This document shows positions 19,191-31,050 of a DNA stretch of 64,000 nt, piece by piece. The position numbers and the translations under genes were made by a program. Position 1 is the first letter of the stretch; every line of letters begins with the position of its first letter. The notes beneath the pieces are model-generated. The model did not search any database. It was not told the DNA's origin and worked only from the letters and a program-made list of their open reading frames with translations. The stretch lies in NCBI GenBank assembly GCA_046290465.1, contig JBKAGP010000001.1, positions 6,176,001 through 6,240,000 of the forward strand. The letters run 5' to 3'. Source of the stretch: Planctomycetota bacterium (GTDB lineage: Bacteria; Planctomycetota; UBA1135; UBA2386).

Positions 19191-20201
19191 ATGAGTGACG
19201 CGGACATCAGCATCCCGGTGGAGTCGGTCGACGAGGCTCGGACCCTGCTCGGGCCGTTGGACAGCAACGCGCGGTTGATCCGCGAGCTGCACGGCGTCAG
19301 CGTGCTGGCCCGCGACGGCAGCGTGCGGCTGCTCGGGGACGAGGAGCACGTCGCGGTGGTGCGGGGGGTGCTCGAGGAGTGCCTGCGGCGGATGCGCAGC
19401 GGGCACCGGATCGGCACCCAGGAAGTGTCGTCGCAGCTGCGGCAGACCCTCGGCGTGGCGGCGGGCACCGATGCGCCATCGGAGCCGGTCGCGAAGGCGC
19501 GGCCGAAGGGCGGCGCGGTGGTGCGCGCCCGCACCGAGGGCCAGCAGCGCTACCTCGAATGCATCGACAAGCACGACGTCGTGTTCGGCGTCGGCCCGGC
19601 CGGCACCGGCAAGACCTACCTCGCCGTCGCCAAGGCGATCGAGGCGATGAAGCAGGGCGGCGTGCGCAAGCTGATCCTGGTGCGGCCGGCGGTCGAAGCG
19701 GGCGAGAAGCTCGGCTTCCTGCCGGGCGACTTCCAGGCCAAGATCGACCCGTACCTGCGGCCGATGCACGACGCGCTGTCCGACCTGCTCGATCCGCGCA
19801 CGCGGATTCGCTGGCTCGAGACCGAGGTCGTCGAGGTCTGCCCGCTCGCCTACATGCGCGGCCGCACGCTCAACCAGGCGTTCGTGATCCTCGACGAGGC
19901 GCAGAACACCACCGTGCAGCAGATGTTGATGTTCCTGACCCGCCTCGGCGAGGGCTCGCGCATGGTCGTCACCGGCGACCCGTCGCAGGTCGATCTGCCG
20001 GGCAACGTGCGTTCGGGGCTCGGCGACGCGCTGCGCCGCCTGGAGAACGTCGAGGGCATCGGCATCTCGCGCCTCGGCGCCGAGGACGTCGTGCGCCACA
20101 AGGTCGTCAGCCGCATCGTGACTGCCTACGACGAGTTCGATCGCAACCGCGACCACGCGCCGCGCGGCGGCCGGGACGAGCGCGCCGAGTCCCGGGACTA
20201 A
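19191..20201 (+). CDS. phoH: PhoH family ATPase
   Basis: GPAGTGKTYLA, RPAVEAGEKLGFLPG, PLAYMRGRTL, DEAQN, TGDPSQVDLP. Confidence 0.95.
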   Translation: MSDADISIPVESVDEARTLLGPLDSNARLIRELHGVSVLARDGSVRLLGDEEHVAVVRGVLEECLRRMRSGHRIGTQEVSSQLRQTLGVAAGTDAPSEPVAKARPKGGAVVRARTEGQQRYLECIDKHDVVFGVGPAGTGKTYLAVAKAIEAMKQGGVRKLILVRPAVEAGEKLGFLPGDFQAKIDPYLRPMHDALSDLLDPRTRIRWLETEVVEVCPLAYMRGRTLNQAFVILDEAQNTTVQQMLMFLTRLGEGSRMVVTGDPSQVDLPGNVRSGLGDALRRLENVEGIGISRLGAEDVVRHKVVSRIVTAYDEFDRNRDHAPRGGRDERAESRD

Positions 20202-20204
20202 GAC

Positions 20205-20624
20205 ATGCTCGAACTCGTCGACCGCTTCCGTCCGCGCACCGAACGCGCGTTCGTCGAACGGGTTGTGGCGGCGGTGCGCGAGCACGTCGGGCGTCCCGAT
20301 CTCGAGGTCTCGCTGCTGCTGACCGACGATTCCGAGATCGCGGACCTGCACGACCAGTACCTCGGTGACCCGACGCCGACCGACGTGATGTCGTTCGCGA
20401 TCGACGACGGTGCCGAGGTCGTCGTCAGCGTCGAGACCGCGCGTCGCGTCGCCGCGGACAACGGCACGCCGATCAACGCGGAAGTCGCGCTCTACATCGT
20501 GCACGGCATCCTGCACACGGTCGGCTTCGACGACAAGGACGCGCGCGAACGTCTCTGTATGCGCGAAGCGGAGCGCGCGATCCTGACCGGACTGCGACTG
20601 CGCGTGCGCGAAGTCGACGCGTAG
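20205..20624 (+). CDS. ybeY: rRNA maturation RNase YbeY
   Basis: PTDVMSF and HGILHTVGFDD; follows phoH. Confidence 0.9.
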   Translation: MLELVDRFRPRTERAFVERVVAAVREHVGRPDLEVSLLLTDDSEIADLHDQYLGDPTPTDVMSFAIDDGAEVVVSVETARRVAADNGTPINAEVALYIVHGILHTVGFDDKDARERLCMREAERAILTGLRLRVREVDA

Positions 20625-20996
20625 TGGTCGCGTCTTGAACGCATCACCAACGCATCACCGCCGCGCAGTCGACGCGTCGTCGTTCGTCATCGACGTCGAC
20701 AACACTCCACGAAGTGTGTGCACGACGTTGCGCCGCACGTGAGGTTCGTGCTACCGTTCGCGCGTTCGCTCCTTCGCAATCGACGTGATGGTCGCGGTTC
20801 GTTTCACGACGACGCGCACACGACAACGACGAACGGCATCCCGACGACCTCGCGGTGCACGTGTCCGAGTCGCTGGCGCCGAGCGAACGACGCCGCTCGG
20901 GTCGTCCTCGTTTCGACCCGCCGCCACTTCGACGACGTCGGCCGCGAGCCGGGTCCGTTCGACCTTCCGACGGATTCGTCTCTTGCCAGGTAATGC

Positions 20997-21782
20997 ATGG
21001 TAGGTAAACCCGCTGCCCGTGATGCCGCAGCCTCGCGCGAGCGAGCCAGCAACGGCCTCACCACCGAGCACCTGCTCGAACGCTACCGACTGCGTCGCTC
21101 CCGAAAGGTGCTCGACCAGGTCGTCGAACGCCACCGCGACCTCGTCGAGACGATGGCGCGCAACCTCGCTTCCCGGCTGCCTCGCAGCGTCGACGCGCAG
21201 GACCTCGTGCACGCCGGGATGTGGGGCATGATGCAGGCGATCGCGTCGTACGAACCCGATCGCTGCGACTCGTTCCTCGCGTTCATGCGGATCCGCGTGC
21301 GCGGCGCGATGCTCGACGAGCTGCGCCACATGGACTTCCTGCCGCGCCTGTTCCGCCGCCGCGTGCGCGAGCGCGACCAGGCGCGCGCGCGTCTGCGCAT
21401 GCAGCTCGAGCGCGAGCCGACCGACAGCGAACTGGCCGACGCGCTCGGCATCACCGAGCAGGCGCTGCTGCGCTGTCCGGCGAGCAAGGTGCTGCGTTCG
21501 GTGCACTTCCGCGAGGGCGACAGCGACGAGGACCAGTTCGACCACCTCGAGGACGACGCGATCGAGTCGCCGATCGAGGCGATCACCCGCCAGGAACTGC
21601 TCGAGCTGGTGCGCAAGCACCTCGACCCGGTCGAGTGGAAGGTGCTCAAGTTGCACTACCTCGACGGCCTGACCGGCCGCCAGGTCGCGCAGCGCATGCG
21701 CCTGTCGGCGTCGCGGATCTGCCAGATCCACGTGCAGGTGCTCGACCGACTCAAGCAGGAGCTGACGGCGCGCGCCGTCTGA
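20997..21782 (+). CDS. FliA/WhiG-family (sigma-28-like) RNA polymerase sigma factor
   Basis: LPRSVDAQDLVHAG, RVRGAMLDELRHMDFLPR, REPTDSELADALG, LSASRICQIH. Confidence 0.9.
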   Translation: MVGKPAARDAAASRERASNGLTTEHLLERYRLRRSRKVLDQVVERHRDLVETMARNLASRLPRSVDAQDLVHAGMWGMMQAIASYEPDRCDSFLAFMRIRVRGAMLDELRHMDFLPRLFRRRVRERDQARARLRMQLEREPTDSELADALGITEQALLRCPASKVLRSVHFREGDSDEDQFDHLEDDAIESPIEAITRQELLELVRKHLDPVEWKVLKLHYLDGLTGRQVAQRMRLSASRICQIHVQVLDRLKQELTARAV

Positions 21783-21789
21783 TCGACGC

Positions 21790-23073
21790 ATGGTGGACAA
21801 GACGCCGTGCCCGGGTGCCGGCGCCCCGGAGTTCCATCTCCGCGACGGCGCGCTGTGGTGTGAGGACGTCGCCGTCGCCGAGCTGGCCGAGCGGTTCGGC
21901 ACGCCGCTCTACGTGATGAGCGCCGCCGCGGTGCGCGCGCGGGTCGACCGCGTGCGCCAGGCGTTCGGCGACGACGCCAGGATCTGCTACGCGGTCAAGG
22001 CCAACTCCAACCTCAACCTGCTGCAGCTGCTGCACCGACTGGGCTGCGGCTTCGACCTGGTCAGCGGCGGCGAACTCGAACGGCTGCGCGCCGCCGGCCT
22101 GCCCTCGGACGAGGCGGTGTTCGCCGGGGTCGGCAAGCAGGGCTGGGAGATCGACGCGGCGGTCGCCGCGGGGCTGCTGTTCTTCAACGTCGAGTCGCCG
22201 CACGAGCTGCCGCTGCTGGCCGCCGCCGGCGCAGCGGCGGGCGCGCCGGTGCGCGTCGCGCTGCGTCTCAACCCGGACGTCGACGCCAACACGCACGCCT
22301 ACATCAGCACCGGCAAGGACGAGAACAAGTTCGGCGTCGCGCTCGACCGCGCCGGCGACCTGGTCGCCGCCATCCACGCCGATCCGTGGCTCGAGCTGGT
22401 CGGCTACCACGTGCACCTCGGCAGCCAGCTGCGCGGCACCAACCCGTATCTCGAGGCGCTCGATCGCGTGCTGCAGTTCGTCGACGACGACCCGCGTCGC
22501 GGCGACGGCGTGCGCTACTACGACCTCGGCGGCGGCTTCGGCATCGCGTACGGCGAAGGCGCCGAACTCGACGTGCGCGCGGTCGCCGACGCGCTGCTGC
22601 CGAAGCTGCGCGAGCGCGGCTGGACGCCGGTGGTCGAGCCGGGCCGCTACCTGGTCGGCGACGCCGGCGCGCTGGTCACGTCGGTGCTCGGCGAAAAGGC
22701 CCAGGGCCGCGCCAACTTCCTGCTGGTCGACGCGGCGATGAACGACCTGATGCGGCCGGCGCTCTACCAGGCCGAACACCCGATCGTGCCGGTGCGTCGC
22801 GGCGCCGGCGAGCCGACCCGGATGGTCGACGTGGTCGGTCCGGTCTGCGAGACCGGCGACTTCCTCGGCAAGCAGCGGCAGCTGCCGCGCTGCGAACGGG
22901 GCGACCTGCTGGCGGTGTTGGCGGCGGGCGCGTACGGTGCCAGCATGGCGTCCAACTACAACACGCGTCCGCGGCCGGCCGAAGTGCTGGTCGACGGGGC
23001 CTCCGCCCGGTTGATCCGGCGGCGCGAGTCGTATCGGCGCATGTTCGAGGACGAACTCGAGGCCAACCCATGA
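21790..23073 (+). CDS. lysA: Diaminopimelate decarboxylase
   Basis: FGTPLYV, YAVKANSN, VSGGEL, HLGSQ, DLGGGFG, EPGR, GPVCETGD, GAYGASMASNYN. Confidence 0.96.
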   Translation: MVDKTPCPGAGAPEFHLRDGALWCEDVAVAELAERFGTPLYVMSAAAVRARVDRVRQAFGDDARICYAVKANSNLNLLQLLHRLGCGFDLVSGGELERLRAAGLPSDEAVFAGVGKQGWEIDAAVAAGLLFFNVESPHELPLLAAAGAAAGAPVRVALRLNPDVDANTHAYISTGKDENKFGVALDRAGDLVAAIHADPWLELVGYHVHLGSQLRGTNPYLEALDRVLQFVDDDPRRGDGVRYYDLGGGFGIAYGEGAELDVRAVADALLPKLRERGWTPVVEPGRYLVGDAGALVTSVLGEKAQGRANFLLVDAAMNDLMRPALYQAEHPIVPVRRGAGEPTRMVDVVGPVCETGDFLGKQRQLPRCERGDLLAVLAAGAYGASMASNYNTRPRPAEVLVDGASARLIRRRESYRRMFEDELEANP

Positions 23074-23234
23074 TCCGACCCAGACGTTCGCTCGCGCGCC
23101 TGTCGGCGCTGCTGCTGGTGTTCGCCGCCGCGACGTCGTGCAGCTTCATCGCCGACGAGTTCGTCAAGCTCGACACGCCGGGGCCGGTCGCACAGCCGCC
23201 GGCCCCGCCGAGTGCGCTGCAAGACCGCCCCTGA
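23070..23234 (+). CDS. Small putative lipoprotein (54 aa)
   Basis: ATGA overlap with lysA stop; MIRPRRSLARLSALLLVFAAATSC signal; TGATG overlap with next gene. Confidence 0.65.
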   Translation: MIRPRRSLARLSALLLVFAAATSCSFIADEFVKLDTPGPVAQPPAPPSALQDRP

Positions 23235-23590
23235 TGGTCACAGACGGGCTGCGACACCTGCTCGAGCGCGGCGACGGCATGGGGGAGTACGACGACGGCC
23301 GCAGCGGGTACGCCGAGCATCCGGTCTGCGGCGATCGCATGGAGCTGAGCGTGCAGCGGGACGGCGAGACCGTGCGCGGCGTGCGCTGGCGCGCCAGCGG
23401 CTGCCCTGCGTCGATGGCGCTGGCGGCGCTGTGCAGCGAGGTGCTGGTCGACGTGCCGGTCGCCGAGGTCGCCCGCGTGCTGCGCGCCGGCATCGCGGCG
23501 CGCGGCGGGCTGAAGCGGCACGAGCAGCACGCCGAGAAGATGGCGCTGCGTGCCCTCGAGCAGGCGCTGGGCGAGGCCCCGGGCAGCTGA
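23234..23590 (+). CDS. IscU/SufU (NifU_N) family scaffold-like protein
   Basis: HPVCGDRM and ASGCPASMA motifs; third conserved Cys not seen. Confidence 0.8.
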   Translation: MVTDGLRHLLERGDGMGEYDDGRSGYAEHPVCGDRMELSVQRDGETVRGVRWRASGCPASMALAALCSEVLVDVPVAEVARVLRAGIAARGGLKRHEQHAEKMALRALEQALGEAPGS

Positions 23591-23591
23591 G

Positions 23592-25178
23592 ATGGCGCGC
23601 TGGACCGACTTCCTGCAGCGGTTGCGCGGCGACGCGCACGACGGCGAACGGCAGCGCTGGCTGGCGATCCTCGGGTTGAACCGCCAGCTCGCGCTCGCCG
23701 ACGGCCGCTCGGCGGTGTTGACCGTGCTCGTCGACGAGGCGGTGCGCCTGTTCGGCGCCGAGCGCGGCTTCCTGATCGCGCGCCGCGGCGACGACGGCTT
23801 CACCGTCGAGGTCGCGCGCAGCCTCGACCGCGAGCCGGTCGCCAACCCCGAGCGCAAGGTCTCGTCGACGATCGTCGAGCGGGTGCTCGGCAACGGCGAG
23901 GGCCTGTTCAGCGAGGATGCCCAGGACGACGCCTTGACCGCATCTCAGAGCGTCGCCGACCTGCGGCTGCGGTCGGTGCTGTGCATGCCGTTGCGCGTCG
24001 GCGACCGCGTGCTCGGCGTGCTCTACCTCGACCACCGCTTCCAGTCGGGCGCGTTCGGTGAGAAGGACCTGCCGTGGCTGATGGCGTTCGCCGACCAGGG
24101 CGCGATCGTGCTGCACCTGCACGGCCTGCTGGCCGAGAACCGCGCCCAGGCGGCGCAGCTGGCCGAACAGAACGCCGGCCTGCGTGCGACCGTCGCCGCG
24201 CAGGCGCGCGCGCTCGCCGACGAGGCCCCGGTGCCCGGTCGTGACGAACTGCGCCACCCGATGCCCGGCATGGTTGGCGACTCGCCGGCGCTGCTGCGCG
24301 CGCTGCACGTGCTCGACCGCGTCGCCGATACCGACCTCGGCGTGCTGCTGACCGGCGAGAGCGGCACCGGCAAGGAGGTCGCGGCGCGCGCGCTGCACCA
24401 GGCCAGCGCGCGGCGGCAGGGGCAGTTCGTCGGCGTCAACGCGGCGGCGATCACCGGAGAGCTGCTGGCGAGCGAGCTGTTCGGCCACACCAAGGGGGCG
24501 TTCACCGGCGCCGACCGCGAACGGCCGGGGCTGATGCGGCGCGCGGCCGGCGGCACGCTGTTCCTCGACGAGGTGACCGAGATGGACCTCGAACTGCAGG
24601 CCAAGCTGCTGCGCGCGCTCGAGGAGCGGCGCGTGCGTCCGGTCGGCAGCGACCGCGAGCAGGCCATCGACGTGCGCGTGATCGCCGCCAGCAACCGCGA
24701 TCCGCGCGCCGCGATCGCCGACGGCCGGCTGCGCGAGGACCTCTACTTCCGCCTGGCGGTCGTCACCGTGCACCTGCCGCCGCTGCGCGAGCGCGGCGAG
24801 GACCTGGTGGCGCTGACCCGCAGCTTCGTCGACGGCTTCGCGCGCGAGCAGGGCGTGCCCGCGCCCGACCTGCACGACGACTTCCTCGCGGCGCTGCGCG
24901 CACGGTCGTGGCCGGGCAACGTGCGCCAGCTCCGCAACGAACTGCAGCGGGTCTGGGCGCTCGGCGACGGCGGGCCGCTGCGGCCCGAATGGCTGACCCC
25001 GGAGGAGGCCGGGCCCGGTCCGGCCGACGGCGTGCCGACCGACCTCGCCGGGCTCGAGCAGTGGGCGATCGACCGTGCGCTCGAGCAGGCCGGCGGCAAC
25101 AAGGCCGAGGCGGCGCGGCTGCTCGGCATCGGCCGCCGCACCCTCTACGACAAGCTCAAGGGGCGCGCGCAGCCCTGA
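23592..25178 (+). CDS. GAF-domain sigma54-dependent Fis-family enhancer-binding protein
   Basis: GAF ([17 protein letters not shown]), [35 protein letters not shown]-terminal [20 protein letters not shown]. Confidence 0.95.
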   Translation: MARWTDFLQRLRGDAHDGERQRWLAILGLNRQLALADGRSAVLTVLVDEAVRLFGAERGFLIARRGDDGFTVEVARSLDREPVANPERKVSSTIVERVLGNGEGLFSEDAQDDALTASQSVADLRLRSVLCMPLRVGDRVLGVLYLDHRFQSGAFGEKDLPWLMAFADQGAIVLHLHGLLAENRAQAAQLAEQNAGLRATVAAQARALADEAPVPGRDELRHPMPGMVGDSPALLRALHVLDRVADTDLGVLLTGESGTGKEVAARALHQASARRQGQFVGVNAAAITGELLASELFGHTKGAFTGADRERPGLMRRAAGGTLFLDEVTEMDLELQAKLLRALEERRVRPVGSDREQAIDVRVIAASNRDPRAAIADGRLREDLYFRLAVVTVHLPPLRERGEDLVALTRSFVDGFAREQGVPAPDLHDDFLAALRARSWPGNVRQLRNELQRVWALGDGGPLRPEWLTPEEAGPGPADGVPTDLAGLEQWAIDRALEQAGGNKAEAARLLGIGRRTLYDKLKGRAQP

Positions 25179-25181
25179 TCG

Positions 25182-25202
25182 GGTGTGCGGATCCTGCACA
25201 CC
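25182..25202. promoter_or_regulatory. Putative upstream activating sequence (palindrome)
   Basis: GGTGTGC-GGATCCT-GCACACC dyad about 85-100 bp upstream of the sigma54 promoter. Confidence 0.55.
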
Positions 25203-25283
25203 TGGGCGATCGCCGCACGCCGCGGTCGGTCGCCCGGATCTTGTAACCCATGGTATGAAGGGCTCTTGAAGAAATGTCTCAGG

Positions 25284-25300
25284 TTGGCACTGCGGTTGCT
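25284..25300 (+). promoter_or_regulatory. Sigma54 (-24/-12) promoter
   Basis: TTGGCAC-TGCGG-TTGCT matches the TGGCAC-N5-TTGCW consensus. Confidence 0.85.
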
Positions 25301-25315
25301 CTCCCCTCCGCCAGC

Positions 25316-27028
25316 ATGACGCGTCTCTCGCTCGCAATCCTGATGGCATCCGCTGGCCTGCTCGGTCAGACCGATGTCGACGGTGCGCCCGAGCTGAAGG
25401 ACTGCGTCGAACGGCCCTACGCCTACATCCGCCTCGACGCCTCGCCCCCTCGAAGCCGCAACGCCAACCGGCGCGACCACGCCGCGGTGCGCAAGCTGCT
25501 GTCGAACCCTTCGCTCGACCTGCTGTTCACCGGCGATCTGCAGGCGACCGGCACGGGCGAGGCGGCCGGCAGCAACACCGGCAGCGAAGCCGGCTCGAGC
25601 CGCGCGCTGTCGATGGTGCGCGGCATGCTGAGCAAGGGTGCCAGCCAGATCGAACTGGCGCTGACCGGCATCGTCGGCCGCGCCGGCAAGCCGCTGCTGG
25701 TGCTGCGGGCCCGGCTCGAGCACGACCAGGCGGATCGTCTGCGGCTGGTGCTCGAGCAGACCGCCGCGCTGGCGACCCCGAACCGCAAGCTCGGTGGCCA
25801 CCAGACGTTCACGTTGCGCGGCGGCCGCGGCCAGGGTGCCGGTGACGTCGTCGAGATGGCCATGGTCGGCGACGACTTCGTGGTCGGCAACGACACCTCG
25901 GCGATGCGCGAGGTGCTCGAGCCGCAGCCCGCGACGACGTCGGCGGGTGCGCAGCGCCAGGTGCTGTCGGCCAACAAGCAGTTCCAGCAGCTGCGCCAGC
26001 GCCTCGAGGTGCCGCCGGGCTCGCTGCTCGCCTTCGGCGACTGGAAGCGGCTCGGCCGGCGGCTGCAGTCGTCGATGACCGGCGCGCACGCCGAACTGCT
26101 CGCGTCCAGCGGGCTCGGCTCGGCGCGCTCGGTGATGATGACGATCGCCCCGGCATCCAAGGAACAGTCCAAGAAGGCGGACGAGGCGTTCGCCGCGACG
26201 CTGCTGCTCGACTTCGAGTTCGACGCGTCCGAGCGCGGCGGCGGCATCGACGGCTGGTTCGCCGCGACCCAGCCGGTGCCAGCCCGTCAGCTGATGAAGG
26301 AGCTGCCGCGCACCGGTCTCGGCGGCCTGGTGCTGTCGGTCGACCTGCGTGCGGTCGCGTCGCACTCGCGGCGCACGTCGCACCTCTACTGGGACCTGCG
26401 CGAGGCGTTCAGCAACTTCGGCCTCGACTTCCAGCGCAACGTGCTCGGTCGCTTGGTCTCACGCGGGACCGTGCAGCTGCACTTCGGCAAGCGGCACTTC
26501 GGCGCGTCCGGCGATGCGTTCGCCGCGGTGTCCCCGGTCTACGCCGTGCGGGCCAAGAACCGGCGCGCCGCGCAGGACCTGTTCAGCGACATGCGGCGCG
26601 TCGTCGAGGAGACCGAGATCGGCAAGCTGGTCGAGTTCACCGACGAGGCCGGCAAGCGCAAGGTCGAACTGCTGCGGCTGACCGGACGCGCCAACGCGTT
26701 CTCGGCGTTCTTGATGGTGCACGACGACACGCTGCTGCTCACCCGCGAGCAGGAGACGCTGGCGCAGCTGTTCGAAGAGCTGAAGCGTCCGCGCAGCCGC
26801 AACCGTCGCGACCAGCTGGCCAGCAACGCGATCAAGTCCATCGGCGGCGAGGACATCGCCGGCCTGTTCGACGTCGACCTCTCGCCGTTGTTCGAACGAA
26901 TCATGGCTGCGCTCGGAACCTCCGACGTAGACCTGTCGACGCTCCCCCGGCGTCATGTCGGTTACCTCGCGACCGATCGCTCCGAAGACGGTGCGGTCGT
27001 GCGCGTCCGGGTGTTGTCCTCGAGATGA
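25316..27028 (+). CDS. Exported hypothetical protein (DUF3352-like)
   Basis: ATG at 25316 downstream of the sigma54 promoter gives signal-like MTRLSLAILMASAGLLGQ; strong coding bias. Confidence 0.75.
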   Translation: MTRLSLAILMASAGLLGQTDVDGAPELKDCVERPYAYIRLDASPPRSRNANRRDHAAVRKLLSNPSLDLLFTGDLQATGTGEAAGSNTGSEAGSSRALSMVRGMLSKGASQIELALTGIVGRAGKPLLVLRARLEHDQADRLRLVLEQTAALATPNRKLGGHQTFTLRGGRGQGAGDVVEMAMVGDDFVVGNDTSAMREVLEPQPATTSAGAQRQVLSANKQFQQLRQRLEVPPGSLLAFGDWKRLGRRLQSSMTGAHAELLASSGLGSARSVMMTIAPASKEQSKKADEAFAATLLLDFEFDASERGGGIDGWFAATQPVPARQLMKELPRTGLGGLVLSVDLRAVASHSRRTSHLYWDLREAFSNFGLDFQRNVLGRLVSRGTVQLHFGKRHFGASGDAFAAVSPVYAVRAKNRRAAQDLFSDMRRVVEETEIGKLVEFTDEAGKRKVELLRLTGRANAFSAFLMVHDDTLLLTREQETLAQLFEELKRPRSRNRRDQLASNAIKSIGGEDIAGLFDVDLSPLFERIMAALGTSDVDLSTLPRRHVGYLATDRSEDGAVVRVRVLSSR

Positions 27029-27141
27029 TTGCACCTGCTGTGTAACGCAGCGCGATCCACTCGTAGCAACACCTGCTCTTTCCCAACTCCAAACAACAGC
27101 CTTCGGTGAGGACCGGCGCGCTCGCGCGCCGTCGCCTTGCC

Positions 27142-27355
27142 GCGGATGCATGGGTGTCGAAACAGCCTCCAGCCGGCCCGAAATACTTGGGGCAGGCAGG
27201 GTCGGACGGAGACTTCCGCGTGTGTTGCGCGGGACATGCATCCGCATCTTCTTCGGGCGCATGGGTCGTTTGTCCCGCGCCGTCATTCCGAATACTTGGG
27301 GCAGGCAGGAATGACGGGGCGGAATGCGTGGTGTCACGCGGCGATCCATGCGCCC
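27142..27355 (+). ncRNA. Candidate tandem structured RNA (two multi-stem units sharing a conserved loop)
   Basis: Closing stems 27142-27152/27235-27245 and 27255-27268/27342-27355; each holds a stem capped by GA(A)ATACTTGGGGCAGGCA and a 3' hairpin. Confidence 0.55.
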
Positions 27356-27395
27356 TCATTTTGTTTATGGGCATGCTTGGGTCTACAACCGGGGC

Positions 27396-30212
<2,817 letters not shown>

Positions 30213-30246
30213 CGCCCGGCACCACCGCGCCGGCAGGCCGGACCGA

Positions 30247-30296
30247 CCGCATCGCGCCGCGAAGCGGCGCAGGATGAACCCGGTTCGGATGCGGCG
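30247..30296. repeat. Partial REP-like palindrome between convergent lon and WYL genes (possible terminator)
   Basis: GCGCCGCGAAGCGGCGCAGGATGAACCCGGTTCGGATGCGG shares core and right arm with 44958-45032. Confidence 0.8.
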
Positions 30297-30315
30297 TCGA
30301 GGCCGTGGTCTCGGG

Positions 30316-31014
30316 TCAGCGGTCGCCGTACTGCTCGCGGAACTGGGCGCGCACGGCGACGAGGAAGGCCTCGAGCTGCTTGCCGGGTTCGTCGTCGAAC
30401 GGCTCGCGCAGTTCGAGGTCGCGCAGCCGGTCGACCCGGAAGGTGCGGAAGTCCTCGCGCAGCTCGCACCAGGCGCCGAGGGTCCAGACCGCGCCCCAGA
30501 ACGCCAGGCACAGCGGCCGCAGCACGCGTTCGGTGCCGGCTCCTGCCTTGTCCTCGTAGCGAACGCACAGCCGGCGCTTGGCGTCGATCGCCTCGCGCAC
30601 GGTGCGGATCGTGCCGCGCACCTCGGGGCACATCTCGGCCGGCACGGCCAGCTCCGGTCGGGCGAACCCCTGCAGCAGGTGATCCGGGACCACCTGCTCG
30701 ACCTTGGCGAGCACGCGCCGCGCCTGCGCGGCGAGCCGTTCGTCGCCGAACGCCTGCACCATGCGCGCGCCGAGCACCAGGGCATCGATCTCCTCGCGGT
30801 CGAACATCAGCGGCGGCAGGTCGAAGCCCTGCTGCAGGCAGTAGCCGACGCCGGCCTCACCGTCGATCGGCACGCCGCTCGCCAGCAGGTCGGCGACGTC
30901 CCGATAGACGGTGCGCAGCGAGACCTCGAGCGCGTCCGCCAGCTCGCGCGCGGTCACGACGCGCTGCGAGCGCAGCAGCAACACGATCTGGAACAGCCGG
31001 TCCGCGCGACGCAT
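30316..31014 (-). CDS. YafY-family HTH-WYL transcriptional regulator
   Basis: MRRADRLFQI, VSLRTVYRD, GEAGVGY, WTLGAWCELREDFRTFRVDR. Confidence 0.93.
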   Translation of the reverse strand: MRRADRLFQIVLLLRSQRVVTARELADALEVSLRTVYRDVADLLASGVPIDGEAGVGYCLQQGFDLPPLMFDREEIDALVLGARMVQAFGDERLAAQARRVLAKVEQVVPDHLLQGFARPELAVPAEMCPEVRGTIRTVREAIDAKRRLCVRYEDKAGAGTERVLRPLCLAFWGAVWTLGAWCELREDFRTFRVDRLRDLELREPFDDEPGKQLEAFLVAVRAQFREQYGDR

Positions 31015-31050
31015 GGCGGGCAGACGTTACCACCGAGGCAGCCGCAGGGC

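Noticed and set aside
20500..20540. YbeY third metal ligand His replaced by Asp (GFDD)
   Set aside because: Asp at this position is a common natural variant, not evidence of inactivation
27041..27065. ECF-type promoter TGTAAC...CGTA upstream of the RNA-like element
   Set aside because: Spacer is 15 nt, shorter than the usual 16-17; unsupported without TSS data
27180..27310. Two-repeat mini-CRISPR or NiCo (czcD) riboswitch (GCAGGCA, GGGACA resemblance)
   Set aside because: Only two 19-bp repeats 109 bp apart; the other NiCo junction motifs as I recall them are missing, and the downstream gene is not a metal transporter
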